A DNA stretch of 64,000 nt from Balanoglossus misakiensis (GCA_040954595.2 CM082596.2:6770791-6834790), one strand, 5' to 3'. Positions 1-14,860 are shown, counted from the stretch's first letter. The notes: generated by a model from the letters alone, not told the origin. Program-made: numbers and translations.

Positions 1-3000
1 AAAAATAACTTCTCATGGCAGAGTGTGTATGCGTGCTATTTTGAAAATTGACCCGGTAGTGATGGTCAAATATCACAACAATTATCTGTAATGCATGGTC
101 AGTATTGGTTTACACACAGATACCAACTAATAAAACGTCCATTGAAAAATCCACCGCGATCAAATTTCTAATTTTACTTGCGGTCGGAAATAGATATGCC
201 ACACTCGTTTAAATAGATGTTTGCCAGTCAAGACCTCTGGCATCGATTATTTTCATTTTATTTTTTTTACAACGGATACAAAGAAAATTGATTGTAACAT
301 AATGACGGATTTCGGAGAACTTAAAAAAAATGAATTTGAAGTGTGACATTCAGCGATCTATTACTTGAATAAATGGAACCAATATCACCATGGTTTTGGT
401 GAAACTGAGGATTCCCCCCACCGTCATAAACAAGGTAAACCCCAACCCCATTTCCTTCTACAGATACTCAACTTTTCATAGAATCCAATTTGGATATGGA
501 CCTAACCATGGTGGTACAAGAGTTTAAAAAATCTCAGGATTTGGATTCATTTTTATGACAATCTTGCAATAACAGTCGTGTATTTAGATGTGTACTTAAA
601 GGACTCATGACTGTACTGGTAATCCTGAATAAAATATTTCAAATCGGGTGATTCATGCAATGGTGTTTACTTTACACGGGGCAATTTGACATCAACCGTT
701 ATGTAGTTGTACAGCCTGTGCAAAATTAAAAAGCCTGCTGTATGAACCTGTGTGCACAACAAAGCTAGTGGATGCTAAAGTCGGCCGTGTGACTCACATT
801 TAGTAATTTGCAACACTATACAAAATATGTTGAAAGACCAGGACGCTGCGGTTTCACAGCGGAACAGTTGGTTGCATTGAGACATCAGAGTTAATCGTTG
901 AAGATGGGCGGTAATTGGGTGTGTGCAATACGCATTCTGTGTGTCAAATATTTCCGTTTCCAATGTCAAAGCACTCGTGATCAGTGCCCAGGCAAACAGC
1001 GAAATTTTCACTCTGACATCCCCTACATGTACACACATCGCTGAGTGCAAAATCTCATGATGGTGTCTTTCACAAGTGATCTCAACTACAGAAGCATCAA
1101 GCAACTGGATCATGGTGCCCACAACTGTGGTCTGTCTGTCTGTTTTTTCCCCTATTTTTTCTTTCATTGTGGTATTTTTTATTTGTTTCTGGTGTGAAGT
1201 ATTTAACAAGCACTGATTTAAACCACCTGGCAGTCTTTTTTTCAGTTTGATATTAAAACTCTAACATAAACACTCCAAAAAGACAGGTTGCTTTATTTTT
1301 CATTTTTGCATAGCATGCAAGACAGAGAAGGCCACAAGTATCACCAAATATATCGCCTTCACTTGACGTACATCAGGAATACCCGAAATCTATTCACATG
1401 TTCCAATTTTCCACTCAAAACCAACAGGCACGTCTGTCCTTGGCACATTTCTGACTTGTGACCCACAGTCCCAAATAATGACCTTCAGCCTTTGTACTGT
1501 TGAGTGACTTGTGAACAACCAGGCCTGGTCACAAGTTGCCAATAGCAACAGCTCAGTACAGACACACAAACAGGCCTGTCAGGATAAAATATCATCATGT
1601 ACCCATACAGTGATGGCTGAACTTACTGTACAACTCCACTTGCTATGTTTACAGAATTGAATTTTAAATAAACTCACGTAACGCAGCACTGGATTTCTAT
1701 TTCATGGCATTCCTCAGTGTACAGTGTATCATCAGATTAAACAAAATACTTTCGAACACCCTGCTGACTTTTAGTAAACATTTAATCCACGGAGCAAAAA
1801 TATCTACACATATCATGCTATGCATAAAATATACAAGACTGAAACAGACACAAGCACCCGGAATGTTATCTTGGTAATGGATTTTATACACAGGATGCGA
1901 TCTTGATTCAATCGTTTCTGCGACTAGTTTTAATGTACACCAGAACTGATATTACATACAGCTGCAACATGCAATAACATGTTGCGTGCAACGCTTTCGC
2001 GTGACGGGCGCATCTGAAGTCACTAAACACAAACTGTAATGGACAAGATACGGCAGGCGTGATTCTCGCTATAGGGTCTTTGCAGAAATGTGTCTTAGTT
2101 GAACATTTACAAGAGTGGCTGACATGAACTGACAGAGTGGATCCACAGTAAAATTGAAATGTCTTCTTTTTGGGAGGCATTTGGTGTATGCAAATAGTGG
2201 CTCTTGAAAATTGCCTGGTTCAAAACACACCATGGATCAAATGCAATTTGGTATCATGTTGATACAATTATCTGGATATTAATTCAACTCCGTAACGGTC
2301 TCTTGCCAATCTGCAGTTCGACTGATATCAGAAACCAAACCCAAATTTCGGAAAAATTACACCTTTGCTAATCATTGTCCTGAAATTAATTTCACACTAT
2401 ACCTGTTAGCCAAGTGCTTCAAGGAATATTTGACCGTCAGTGCAATTTTAATGAATAATTATCTCAGTTAATAATGAAAGGCTCAGTAATTCAAATTTGC
2501 CATTGTCTCCAAAAGATGTGTCTTGTTATCGCTGTGAGAACTCCCTTCAAATACGAATAATATTTTTTGAGTGTATTGTTGTGTTTGACAGATGACAGGT
2601 CCGATTAAAGATTTTCTATACGTGAGTAATGCCCACGTAATAAGCCATGAATAAGGTGCTAATGGTAGGTTGTATTAATAAGAATCAGACATACGTACAA
2701 ATTGCACAAGTGTTTAAGTCTGTACTGAGGTTGTTATTCTCGAATTTGTCTCCTGTTTTTGCTTCTCAGAAACCAATGGAGAGGCTTTTAGTCTGCAAGG
2801 TTGGCTGTTAATTTGCATTGTGGGGGTGAAATAGCAGAACCCCCTAAAGTCTCTTGTATTGTCACATGGCAAGATAATTGAAAAGCAATTTTTTTGGTAC
2901 AGTCCTTCCTTACAAGGTTACACTGTCAAAGTGACACCTGTTCTGTCGTGATTACTTTTAAAATAATTTCAAAATCATCTCAGGAGATTTGAGAAACGGC

Positions 3001-6000
3001 AATTTGTCCAAGTAACAGAGTACAATATCTCTTTTCTTAAATTCGCTGTTTTTCCACTCAAAACGCAATTTCAAGTAGCACGTCACACATCAGCACAAGC
3101 ACGTCTGTGCCACACAATGGACAGGAAACCTCTCCAAGGTCCCACGGTAACGACCTTTCGACCCCTTCCAAGCATGTCACTGAACTCGTTTTTGCGACGC
3201 ACTCCAAAGCAGAACATAATGCAGAGAGAGTAAAACACAATTCATACTTCACATCCTTAGAATCTTCTCTTGTATTGTAACTTTGCATCAGACATTTACA
3301 AATGTATAATAGACCCATCACCATAAAAAAAATTTAAACTGCAGACTGAAAAATTTCTCCTACCTCGTAAGTTTAGTGAAGTGGCACGACAGTTATTTTC
3401 ATGGCGAAAACACCGACTGAAACCAATTTTCTAAAGTGAGATTGATTTTTCCTCTCACTGAGTGGGGAGATAGTGTAGCTAACATCACTCAGGATGTTGA
3501 AATATTGAATGCAGCTGATTAAGATTATCTTTCCATCCGAAACTGTAAAAATATTCCCAAGCAGAAATTCATGCCAAAAATATGCTACCTTGAAACTACA
3601 TTATCCTAATCAATTTACATTACATCAACTATTTTTTGTCATGCATATATATGTATATATCTCACCATTTGAAAAAAATATTTCATCATGATAATTTTTT
3701 ATTCACAAGTTAACATTTAATCTCGTAAAAGACAACGCTTGTCTGTTTTCGGTATTTTGCATTACGTCGCTAACTGACCATATCACTTGGGATTTATAGT
3801 GAGATGCCAAACATTGGCAGTGCAGCTTAATGTTACATTAATAAAATTCAGCTTTTTTCTTCTGTTTGTACAGAACATTGATTTCCGCTGTACATTAGGG
3901 CAAAGGGTTAATTGTATTTTCTTACTAATTGTCCCTGAACAGAGCCACTTTGTCGAACGCTGGAAGCCTGCATAGAAATTTCACTCCAGAATAAAAGCAG
4001 CAAAACGAAGTTAGAATTAATGCAATTAAGTGTAATTGTATGCTGGCAGTGAAGACATAAGGCTTTCAAACAAACTAAGGTCATATTTGGGGTCAATTAT
4101 CGTTATACTTTGACATTTCCTGATTCTGTGGTTTTTCACGGCAATATAATTTACATATGTGGGCTTCGGGCTAGTACTTATATTTCAGTACAACAATAAT
4201 AATAATATAGGAAATGATTCAAAATACAAGTACGACTGGCATCTACTGATAATATTGAGAAAATGATTATCCGGATACATTTGCCTATTGCTGATACTAT
4301 CAGTAGTTTTAATGAGAATATCCAGTTCTTGATAAAAATCTGCCGCATGACTCAAGCCTAAAAGACATTTCCTAGTCCGGTTCAGGATTTGGCATATGTA
4401 CACACGTATGACTCAATGTAAATTCAAATGGGGATATTATGTTGCCAATTTGAGATGAGATAGACGTTACGTAAATGTACAAGAATCAGTCAGGGACTCG
4501 CAGCGTGGCACAGGAACATGACCTGCTCAGAGAACTCGGTCTTGTTGCGACAGATGGCATGTGATATATTCAGTCGTGATTATTACGTGGGGAGTGTTTC
4601 CAAGCAGTCTAGTATTACATTCGTACACGTCAAGTGTTCCTTCATTGAATTTTCTGAAGGAGAGGAGAGCTGATATGACATTGGAAAAAAAATTAATTAG
4701 CTATGAGACAGAGAGGGAAGATGTTTTCAAAGAAGGTGCAAAGGATGGCTTCAGGGTCACTCCTTAGCCCTTCACAACAGCTCGTTTCACGTTTCAGGAC
4801 ATTCCACCCCGATTTACATGTACACACGCGGTTCTGATTTACCTGAAGCTGTGTAACCTTGCCACCGTATCTGATTACGGCTATTGTCTGGCACGCTGCG
4901 AACAATAGGTGGGGGGACACACGATCCGCCTCCCAGCTTGTCACTCGGCACACGGACCCTGTCAAGCTCCATAATCACAACAACACTCTGGATGGATACC
5001 AAGCCACGATATCCGATAATTCCAGGCGAACAAAATAACACGGTATCTCAATATGTTCCAGGGAGACTCTATACTTGTTGTGCAATTTTGTAAACAAGAT
5101 CCAAGAGTCATTTAACCTCGGCTTCACACACAAGAAGACATTTCGCATCAAAACTATTTTTCCCGCATCAGATCATCCGAACGTAAACACCGTTACTTTC
5201 AGAAGTTTGTTTATCAACCGTCTCCAACTCTTGTTTCCTAACAATTAATAAAATCATGTCAATCTTGTGAAAATACGTCCAAACATTCAGAACTGAGCCC
5301 TGTTTCACGGAATAGACACCTGGTATGAGAAAATTCAACCCCCTCCCTCTGGAACATCAACATGACTATGATGAGATAAACCCATCATTTCCCATCAAAA
5401 AGGAACGGAATTCATGTTTTTATTATGAGAACAAACACATTGCAATCAAGTTTATGCATACATGTGTATAGTTGTTTAATAGATTAAATCTACCTCGAAT
5501 TTTGAGAAGTTGGTCACAGGCTATTGGGCAGGAAACCATAATTCTAGATTGCTGTAGCATTAGTGATGGCAAAGAAAAAAGCAAAACACAAGTTTGATGG
5601 GAAACCATAGGGAGTATACCCCCACCACAACATGAACAGACCCACAGATAGTGGATAACATTACTGTGAACTCAAGAATGTAAAAATCCGTGCAGATATT
5701 CTGAAAATATCACCGACCCCAGAGTTATCGCCACTTTGTTTGGCTTTCAGTGGATAACGCAACATGCCAGGAGCGTTCGAGCCGATAACACCACCACTTT
5801 ATACCATCTGTTGACAAATTGTTTCCTAGAGTTACTGTCTCCTACTCAAAAGTTTATTACAAACACCAGTGCCTCATTACGGAGTTCCTTGGCGTACACA
5901 GAAGAGAGCATGTTTAGTCTCTCCACTGCTGACCTGTGGGGTCTCAGCTGAAATCACTAATGACGACCAACAGCTCCGTGGAAAACTTGAAAGCAGGGCA

Positions 6001-6871
6001 GTGACTGGGGTTAGGCATGACAAACAGCTAAACACACAGACACAGTGTCTTCCAGACTAAAAGTCGTAACCGAAATGACCTGGTGATCTCTCTTGTCCTC
6101 GAGAGGACACTCCAACACTGGTTGACCTGTAATACTCTGTTCAAAATAAATTCATGACTTCAAAAACACACTGAGACCTGTTGTACTTGCAGACTGATGT
6201 TTGAATAATTGCACATATGAGTCCTTACATCCGATTGGCCCAATTATTTGCTTTTTATAGAAAATTTACTATCAAACCCAACAGGTTTAATACTGGTGCA
6301 TTCTGGGGAAATAACTCGCACAGAATGAGAACTTGAGCTATTCTAGTAACTGAGCAATGCATTTATCTGGATAATTTGGACTACACCAATTGAGATACGG
6401 ACTACACTGTCCCAAACAACTGAGAAATGTGGGCGCAGATACGTGCAGTTATTTTATGCCTACCCCAGGGCTATCTTGTCAGGTCACACAAAAAACCCAC
6501 ACAACATACACTCACACTTTGGAGATTTTTCCGTACCCCTTATTTTCTCTAACAACTTTCGAAATACCTGAAATGTGAAGTTGCTTTAAACTTTTTATTG
6601 TCCAATGGGTCATTGGGTTAAAAGACTAGAGGCTTGCGATACGACAGAAATAGTTTTATTCTTAAAATATCCAAACCTTTGGTATTAGTTTAAGGGCTAT
6701 ATATCAGGTTTATGCTATAGAGGTCAAGTCGCTAATTATATCGACACTGCCTTGCTCCTGAGTGCTAAAAATACCTAACTGTACTTTGTGGTCAGCACAT
6801 AAACTACTCCCTACGTTTCGTGAAATTCACCAGCACTATACATATACTGTAAATGTAATACTGTAGTCTGT

Positions 6872-6963
6872 TTAACCCTGTCACCACCATGGTTTGGTCC
6901 AAATCCATAGTTTTCTTTGGTAAAGTTGGACCGTTATAGAGGGAAACCAGGTGAAGGGGTTAA
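6872..6963. mobile_element. Short piggyBac-like MITE (TTAA-CCC...GGG-TTAA), family A copy
   Basis: TTAACCCTGTCACC...GGTGAAGGGGTTAA termini; internally similar to 19884-19976. Decayed opposite-orientation copies appear near 435-527 and 8468-8552. Confidence 0.6.
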
Positions 6964-9900
6964 TTGCGCCGTAGATCACGATGTGTCAATTCTGTCAAAC
7001 ACGCAGTCACAACTTAGTGGAGGCAAAGATAGCCAGCAGCAAACGAAAATGACTAGCTGAGAATTCCAGCTGGGAGAATGAAAGTCCTTTCTATGAAAAT
7101 TATCATTGATAATATATTTATAACTGAAGGGAGCCCAGGGAACTGAAGTACTGAGGCAGCCATATTTAAAATCTATCATCCATACAGAAGATGTGTATTT
7201 CACAAAGACCATTTTCATGCCTTAACAATATCTGTTATTTTGTTGGAAAAAACTGGGTTTCATATATTAGGGTACCATTCAGAAAGACGTGGTTGGTATG
7301 TAACAAAGATGGCAACCATCATGAAATTTTACGAGAATATTTATCAGTAATATTATGTAATCATTTTATATTATGTAATCATTTTAATTCAATCTCATTT
7401 GGAAAACAATGACATCCCCGGCAATTTATTAGAATCTGGAATTCTGCCGGTCAACATGTGTACAAGTCTTCAATTTTCTCGCAGGTTTTAATTGCTGATC
7501 TTTATATTTTTTAAATATCATGCAAAGACTGGTAAAAAATTGTGAAGTTGAATTGAAGAAACTTCCAAGTGAGGAATTTTTTTCATAGACATGTAAAACC
7601 AAAATACACATGTAGAGCTAGTATGCACGAACAATAAAACGAGCCAACTAGCCATCACGCTTCAAAGAATACCAAGCAGCCATGACACATGACACTCACA
7701 TGACTACAATGTATCACATGACCTGAGATGGAAATATTAGCATTATTCCAACTATCTGGTAACATCACAACGTAAATACTGAGCCAATCGGAGATTAAAT
7801 GGGAACCCTCGGGAGATTATTAAAGTGGGAATTCTTAATCCGTTGCGGGATTAGTTTTAGTTACAAGTATCTCGACCACGCTGAAGCTACACGAAAAACA
7901 AGCAACTACCAATTGAAGTTTGAGACATGATATCAGCGACCTAACATTTTTATGAAGCTGCGGTCATCTCTCTGCCTCTGGTGTGGTCTCAGATTGTAAC
8001 AGAATCCTGATTTCATTCCCTCGCGATGAAAATTACTGCCGGTTGATGCGTCTGGCAAATGCCAAGGAATCTACATACACACACACACAAGTTTCCAATA
8101 ACTGTTTACTCAGCACGAACATCATTGTCTAGCCCTATCTTGTTAGCTGATTGACAAACACAGTCTTGATTAGTTTTTAAATACTACAAAATCGGTATCT
8201 TTATATTAAAAAAGTAAAGACAAATTTTGGAATACATATTTACAGTGGTGAAATGAAGTCAAATTGAAATTTTACATCGTACTAGAAATGAAAAAAAAAA
8301 TCATGATATTTCTGATTTTTTTCCTTGGACAAATTTACTTGTACTTGGTGACAGAATACACATGCAAGGGGTTCATCTGAACAGTGGTCCATACTTTGTG
8401 TTGAACGACAAAAAATCTAGGAAAATGTAACAGTTCTTTCCACAAAGTTATATATATGTACAATATACTTTCACCCCATTTCCCTATATGCGGCCAACCT
8501 CACCACTGAAAATACCCAGGTTTACCCAATTAATGGGAGTGGGTAGGGTTATCCCAAGAAGTACACGTCGACCTTTGACACGTTCTTCTATAAATATCTA
8601 ACCTAAATATTTCAATGAAATCCGGATTCCTTCTTGAAAGGGCTAGGGTGAGACCAATACCAAGATCATAATTTTAAATAACCCAGCCGGAAGGGTGTGG
8701 TGTACATGTACATGTACACACACCTGTACGATTTCAAAGCAGTGCAAGGGAGTGGTCGTATGACCTTCAACGTGTCACCTACAAAAAGTACAAGTTGAGA
8801 TACCCGTCTCCCGTCCAAGTTCAATAACATGGAACGTTGACGGTGGAGGTCACACGTCTGCGGGAAAAGAAATCGGCAGTCGCCCCGTATTTGAACACCA
8901 TTCCATGCCTAGAGAACTGCTTGAAAGACGGACACACTTGACAGAAGACGAGGCTTCCAGCATTCAGGAATTTGATCGCGATCCGTTGCAAAATCACGAA
9001 CCCAAAACAGTCACCAGATTCTCCGAGCGGAGACCTCCTTACCTGCCCAAAACACGGCATCATTCCATCGATCCTCCACATCCAACAGATCAATGGGAAC
9101 CACAAAACATCACTGTTTTCCGGGATAATACCCCCACTGCTTAACATTTATCAATCTTTAATACAAACATTGATCTTTTCACATTAACGGTATTAATAGC
9201 AATTGACCTCCCCCTGTCTGTAATTTCTAATGTCAACACTTCAGAAATCATTAATTTCTCAAACTTCAAATATTTTTGGCAGCTGGCTAATATTTATGCT
9301 CGTTCAATATTCTCTGAGAATTTCCAATAGCCCTGTAGCTAATTTGCATGACAATATCATTCATTGATATTTTAATAAGTTTCCATTATTTTTCCAAAAT
9401 TAAATCAATAGGGCTGATGTCCTAAAATGAGAGAGCACAAGAAACAATATGGTACTGGTATTATTATTTAAAAAAACCCATTAAAACTGTCATATATTTT
9501 GCACAGTTGGAACATGGAAAATCACAAGTTACCAAAACAGGCATTTGAGAAAAAAACACTTTAAATATGCTTAAGGGGACAGCAATGAGAAAGAAAATAT
9601 TTTTTTTGGAATTAAAACCAGCCCCGTTCTGTTTTTCTTGAAGCTACAATCTCCAATAACCCTATTTAGTATTCTATTACATTTCCTATCAGAGCTTAAA
9701 ACTTGCTCTACGCTTACAGTTCCTTAATTTCCTTGAGACGCGAGTGACATTGCAACAGATGACTACAAATCACAGCAGGGCAATTTCGTCGAACAATAGC
9801 AGGTAACACCCCCCTCCAACCTTCTAACACGAGGTGAATATATTTTTTCCCCTGAAATGACATCGATTTGGCAGCTCCCACGAGACTGGTGCAATGAACG

Positions 9901-11181
9901 CAATCAGTCACCGTGTTCGCATCACCTAAGACGTGGTCGCTCGATTACTGAGGCCCAGATAAAATACTCATCACAAAAGTGATCCCTGACACAATGCGCA
10001 AGTATGTTGACACAGCGCTGGGACAATACCAAACACCTGAGTCTTGCATAAACAGTTATAACAGTGCCCGAACAATCCAGCGGCAGATATTATACAGCGC
10101 TCGGCTGAAGTAAGGTCAAACCCCACACGAATTCTTCAAATACCTCTCTGGTAGGAGTCTCTGTCCTTGCCACTATTGTTATTAAAATACCCATTTACAG
10201 AACGTGTGCAGCGCACCTATATGAGGTGGAGACACCTTATAAGGAAAGATCTATTGACATGCTGATTACTCGATTTACATCTGAATAGGTATGTTTGATA
10301 TTCAAATCTTGTTCTTTCATTTTTTGTTTGTAATCAGGCGATCTCCTTGATCGGGCTCAGCTCGGCAATGATAATAGAGTCGCGATTATCTCCAATAGGG
10401 GAAAATTTGATCTGGGGGGATATAAGTTATTGACTTTGTAACTGTCAGCGAAATAAATTACAGTTTTACACCTAGACAAGTGAAGTCCAAGCCAGTTAAA
10501 CTTCTTTGTAAGTTTGCTTGGCGGATTAACTAGGCCCACTGACCACTGTGGAGTGGGTGGGATCAGTGGGTGTGCAAGTTTCAGTTCAAAGTATCGGCTC
10601 GCATACACTGCTTCAAAAAAATAGCAATCTTCCCCGCTTTTCCTCTGTCCGGAACAAACAAGGGTCTCGCCCTAATCTGGAAGCTGAGCAACGCTTCAGA
10701 AAGCCAACAATTCATTTCCACAATGATGCAGATGCAGCTAGATTTACGATAGTACAGTGACTACCACACTATGCCCAGAGTTATGCCCTATGCTATCACT
10801 ACCAACAGTGGAATTCCATCGCCAAGATTGGACCGACCTTCAACTCTAATTGGGGTCAAAGGTCACATCGTGATTGTATGTACCATGCTTATACTATCAG
10901 GAACCAAATAGAAAACTCTGATGCCTTATAAAGTCTGGTTTTACATTATAGATATTATCTTCAATCAGTTGTATTTTAGTGTTTGCTTGTTCTGCCTGCT
11001 TGTAAGTGGTGTTTGTTTGTTTGTGTTTGTTTGTTTACATGCTTGCTTGCTATTCTTCTTCTTTGATGAAAATCCGAGTCGTGAAGGACCTGCAAGAAAT
11101 ACACTGTCAGTCTCAAGTATCCAGGTTGTTTTGACTGAACTGCCAGTCATGTCAACCCTGGATAGGTGATCAGCAGTGCAA

Positions 11182-11356
11182 TACTGTAAAACACTTTATT
11201 TTCGGGAGTTGAAATTTTCGCGATATCATGAGAGGCCAATGTTTCGCGAGTATTAATGTTCGCGTTCTCTTATTTCATTCACTGCATCTAGGCTATTTTG
11301 GCTCTCACGTATTTGGCGAAAATTTATTGCTCGCGAAAATAAAGTGTTTTACAGTA
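11182..11356. mobile_element. TA-flanked MITE, family B copy 1
   Basis: TIRs TACTGTAAAACACTTTATTTTCG ... CGAAAATAAAGTGTTTTACAGTA; highly similar to 18067-18267. Confidence 0.8.
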
Positions 11357-11426
11357 CATGCAAAATAACAGAGCAAAGAGGGGACAGGAGAAATGGTGTG
11401 AGTGCGCAAACAAATCTGCCACATAC

Positions 11427-13406
11427 CATGTAGTAGGCTTCATCACCATCAACATCATCCTCGTTCTCCTCCTCGTCCGAAACTTCCTCTCCGCTACTCC
11501 GACTTGGTTCTGCGGAATCCGAAGCCATGTCACTCTCCTCATCATCATCCTCCTCTTCCTCTTCATCCTCCTCCTCATCATCTTCATCTTTTACATCTTC
11601 CATGGAATGCCTACGGAAATCCTTCCCGCCAACAATGTAAGTATCCTTCGGAATGTGAGCTTCCAACCTGTCAGGCGACTTGGGTTCTGAGGGTGATGAG
11701 GAGCTTTCCAGCCTGGCCTCAGACCGCGAAATGAGAGGTTCCATCGGTTGACTGTCCATCCCTCCGTCCGTGGAATCTTGTCCGGAACTGATCCTGGTCT
11801 CGCGGAGGACTAGATATTTTTCCTTGCCGTCGTCCGGCGCCTCGTCCAGGCTCTCGTCGCTTCCCTGGAATTTCTTCACCAGGCACTCCACCGACGCCCG
11901 CTTGCCACGTTCGTCCGGGTCCTCGTCGGGGTCCACGGGCGGCGGGCTCGAAGGCAGCGGCGGAGTCTCCTCGCGCAGTTCCCCCGGATAAGGCTTCCGT
12001 TTGTACAACTGGATACCCGGGATATCCACATCCATTTCCCGGCTGGTTGCTGCGGCAACGTGGGCGGGCAGGTGAGCCGGGGAGGAGTCGGAGGAGGACG
12101 TGGCGCTGGATTCCGATATGTGCAAGTGACTCGCGATGACCTGAGAGGGATCGATCTTGGGGCCGGGTCTGCGGCTGGGGGAGGAGTCGGGCGTGGACTT
12201 CAGCGATCCGTCCTTGCTGATGGAACTCGAGTCGTCGTCGAAGTCGTTCGGTCTGTGGTACAGGTCCGGCCGGTTCAGGGCGATGATCTCCGACGGCGTG
12301 TACGGGGCCGTGTACTTGGAGGGTCGTAGTGCGCCTCCGTACTTCCCGCTCTCGGGCAGCGACGACGATTTGGAATCCTCGAACTTTGATCGGTACGAGG
12401 CGACGGTCACCTTCTGCATCGCCTCGTCTTCGTCGGCGACGGCCGCCGAATCTGTCACTGTCGTCGTTGTCTTGGACGACTCAAGCGCTGTCGTGTATGT
12501 CTTCGTCGGCGAGGTCGCAATGTTCGGTTCCGACGTCACTGGTAAACCGGTGATGCTCGTGTACCGCTCCGGTGAAATTATGGTCACTGGTTTGGTGGGC
12601 TTCCAGTCGGGCCCGTCGTCCACCCGCGGCTTCTCCGGGCGGTACCCACTATGCGCGGCGGATCCCCCGGTCCCGTACAAATCCTGAGGTCTACTGCGCT
12701 CTGTGCCCATGTACCTCTTTTTCACAACAGGGGGGCTAGCAGGGGGGCTGGCCGACACGTTCTTGTGATGGGAGATGCCGTCCGTCCTCCTCCTCATCGG
12801 CGGGCTGTTGGTGACCTTCTCGAACAACGCCTTGGCGCTGGCAAAGCGCGCGTGGTGGTCGATTTCATCCTGGGCCGCGGGGTCCACCTTCAGGATGCCC
12901 GAGGCTGAAGCGCCAGTGGTGTTCTTGTTGGTGTCGTGCTCGTGCCCCCGCTGGTGTTTACCCGCTCCGGTATCCACGAGGCCCTTCGCCGGTTCGGCCG
13001 GTGGTGGAGCGCGGTCAGCCCCGCTCCTGGTGGTGGCCCCCTGCCCGCTGGCCCAGCTGCCACTGCGCGCTCGGGTACCGGCACCGCCCCCCTGGGTCTC
13101 GTCCGTGCTGAATCCCATGAACATGTGTTTCAGTTTACTCACTTTGGAGCCCGTTGTTGTTGCCGGGTAACTGGTGCTGGGACGCGTCGCTTTCCGGGGG
13201 TCGTCTGCTGCCGTGTGCGCGGCGGTGTGCCCTGCGGCTTGTTGGTTTTCGAAATCCTTCGTCATTTTCGTCTGCTCGCTGCTAGGAATGTCCCTCTCGT
13301 AGACTGATCTCTGTCCCTCCGCACTGCTGCTCGGGTCCGACTTCCGCATATAGACGGAGTGATGATGTGATCCGGGGGGTCTATAGTTATCAATCTGTTC
13401 TGTCAT
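11427..13406 (-). CDS. PPP1R9A: Neurabin/spinophilin (PPP1R9)-like gene, large first coding exon (660 codons); gene continues off-window to the left
   Basis: Long GC3-rich ORF from ATG 13406 to a phase-0 donor (TACATG|gtatgt, intron begins 11426). The low-complexity protein carries GSKVSKLKHMFM and RFASAKALFEK, which resemble the neurabin N-terminal F-actin-binding region, and an acidic tract like the one preceding the PP1-binding site. It is head-to-head with a sarcoglycan, as vertebrate PPP1R9 genes are. The PP1/PDZ/coiled-coil exons were not found in the window, so identity rests on weak motifs plus synteny. Confidence 0.75.
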
Positions 13407-14748
13407 ATTTCGCCAACACGGCCATCAGATCAAATTTCGACAACCGCAACAGTAATCGACGACGAGTTTACATAAGCGATCAACTTCTAAGTAGGTAAGC
13501 GAGAGCAAATATTAGCGACTACTACGGCGGCGAGAGGCACGTAACTCACCTGGTACGCACCCAATGTTTTGGACACCGGTACGCTATCTCGACCTGAAAT
13601 CTACCTTGTGTACGCCTGTGTATACACAGTATTCGTGGGTGTTGTCGATTTCCGTCAGCGGATACCTGGAAAGCAATCCGACTCGAGCACACACGTCCGG
13701 TTCAGGCCGATCTCAGTGACAGCACGTTCGCATACGGTGGCACACTCTCTTCCTGTCTACCCCAAACCGCTGTAGTGGTTAGATAAAGCGGAGCCAGTCC
13801 CCAGTAGTAGTTCAGAAGCCCAGGCCGTCCGCCATTGCTGCACACGGTGATCGATGCGCACGCACGTAATGGGTGGGCCCCCATTACAGGTACCCGGATG
13901 ACGATGTAAATAAACTTTCATACGACGGTGCACACATGTGCGCCTGTGTACAGTTCAGTTCAGTTCAGCAATGAATAGATATCCTTCCGGATAATGAAAC
14001 ATTCCTCCTGGTAAACATATGCTAGTGATGGTCGATACAATCCTTATAATACGGTACCTTTTAGCGATATACTAGTCACGATGTGTCATCCGTAAATTTC
14101 GAAACTTTATCGCGACGTCATCGTCATCACTTTGATCTCGTAGGCATAATAATAAGACATACAGTGAAATGAACACATGATGAAACCGACACCCTTCGCC
14201 GTCGGAGTTGATGCATGCAAGACGAGATCGGCAATTTTAGACTCACTTTTAGATATGTCCGTCTATTTACACCCACGGCACCTATCCATCCGTCTACCCA
14301 TCTGTCCGTCCGTCTGCTTGTTATAGTTTCTGTATATCTGTCGAAAGGGCTTGATTTCGGGAATGTGTATCCACCTTCGTCTGTACGTATTTCCTGTGAT
14401 TGATTGAAAGAAAAGGAAATTTCTTGAGATGTGGTAATTGGTTATAAAGAAGACGTGTAACCGAAGTTTGGTAAATGGCAACATAAGTGAGGCAGTAACT
14501 TCTGTGATAGATAAATTATGGAATAACTGTTTTTATAGACATATAATAATTATATTAAAGGTAAATACTAGAAAAAAGTTTGTATACTAAAGTGATAACG
14601 TAACTTTAAAATCGAATTAAAAGATGTTCTGATTTGCAATATTGTATGGGGCCCAGGTTCGCCGGGCCGAGTTCTCGACTAATAAAAACAAAAGACACCC
14701 CATTATGTAACGTGGGAGGGCACTGCGCTCATAGGCTTGGTGGTACGT

Positions 14749-14841
14749 TGCATTGTGGGTAAAAGTAGCCATTTTGTTGTCCCCGATATCATTAAGACGG
14801 AAAAACAGTCCTCATATTCCGATCTGTCGTTCGCTCGCGAG
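14749..14841 (+). promoter_or_regulatory. Core/divergent promoter elements: ZNF143 (STAF) SBS-like, YY1-like and CTCGCGAG motifs
   Basis: TGCATTGTGGGTAAAAGTAG at 14749-14768 (reverse complement CTACTTTTACCCACAATGCA, resembling ACTACAnnTCCCAnnATGC). It abuts GCCATTTTG at 14768-14776. CTCGCGAG lies at 14834-14841, 20 bp before the sarcoglycan ATG. Confidence 0.5.
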
Positions 14842-14860
14842 GTTTTAGGCGAGGAAAGTG

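Noticed and set aside
4843-4972. Minus-strand ATG-initiated stretch (MELDRVRVP...) ending at CAG|gtaaat within the neurabin intron
   Set aside because: The donor is phase 1 in the ATG frame, incompatible with the phase-0 intron, and there is no recognisable homology.
11358-13307. Multiple plus-strand ORFs up to 176 aa
   Set aside because: Antisense shadows of the GC3-rich neurabin exon; no independent features.
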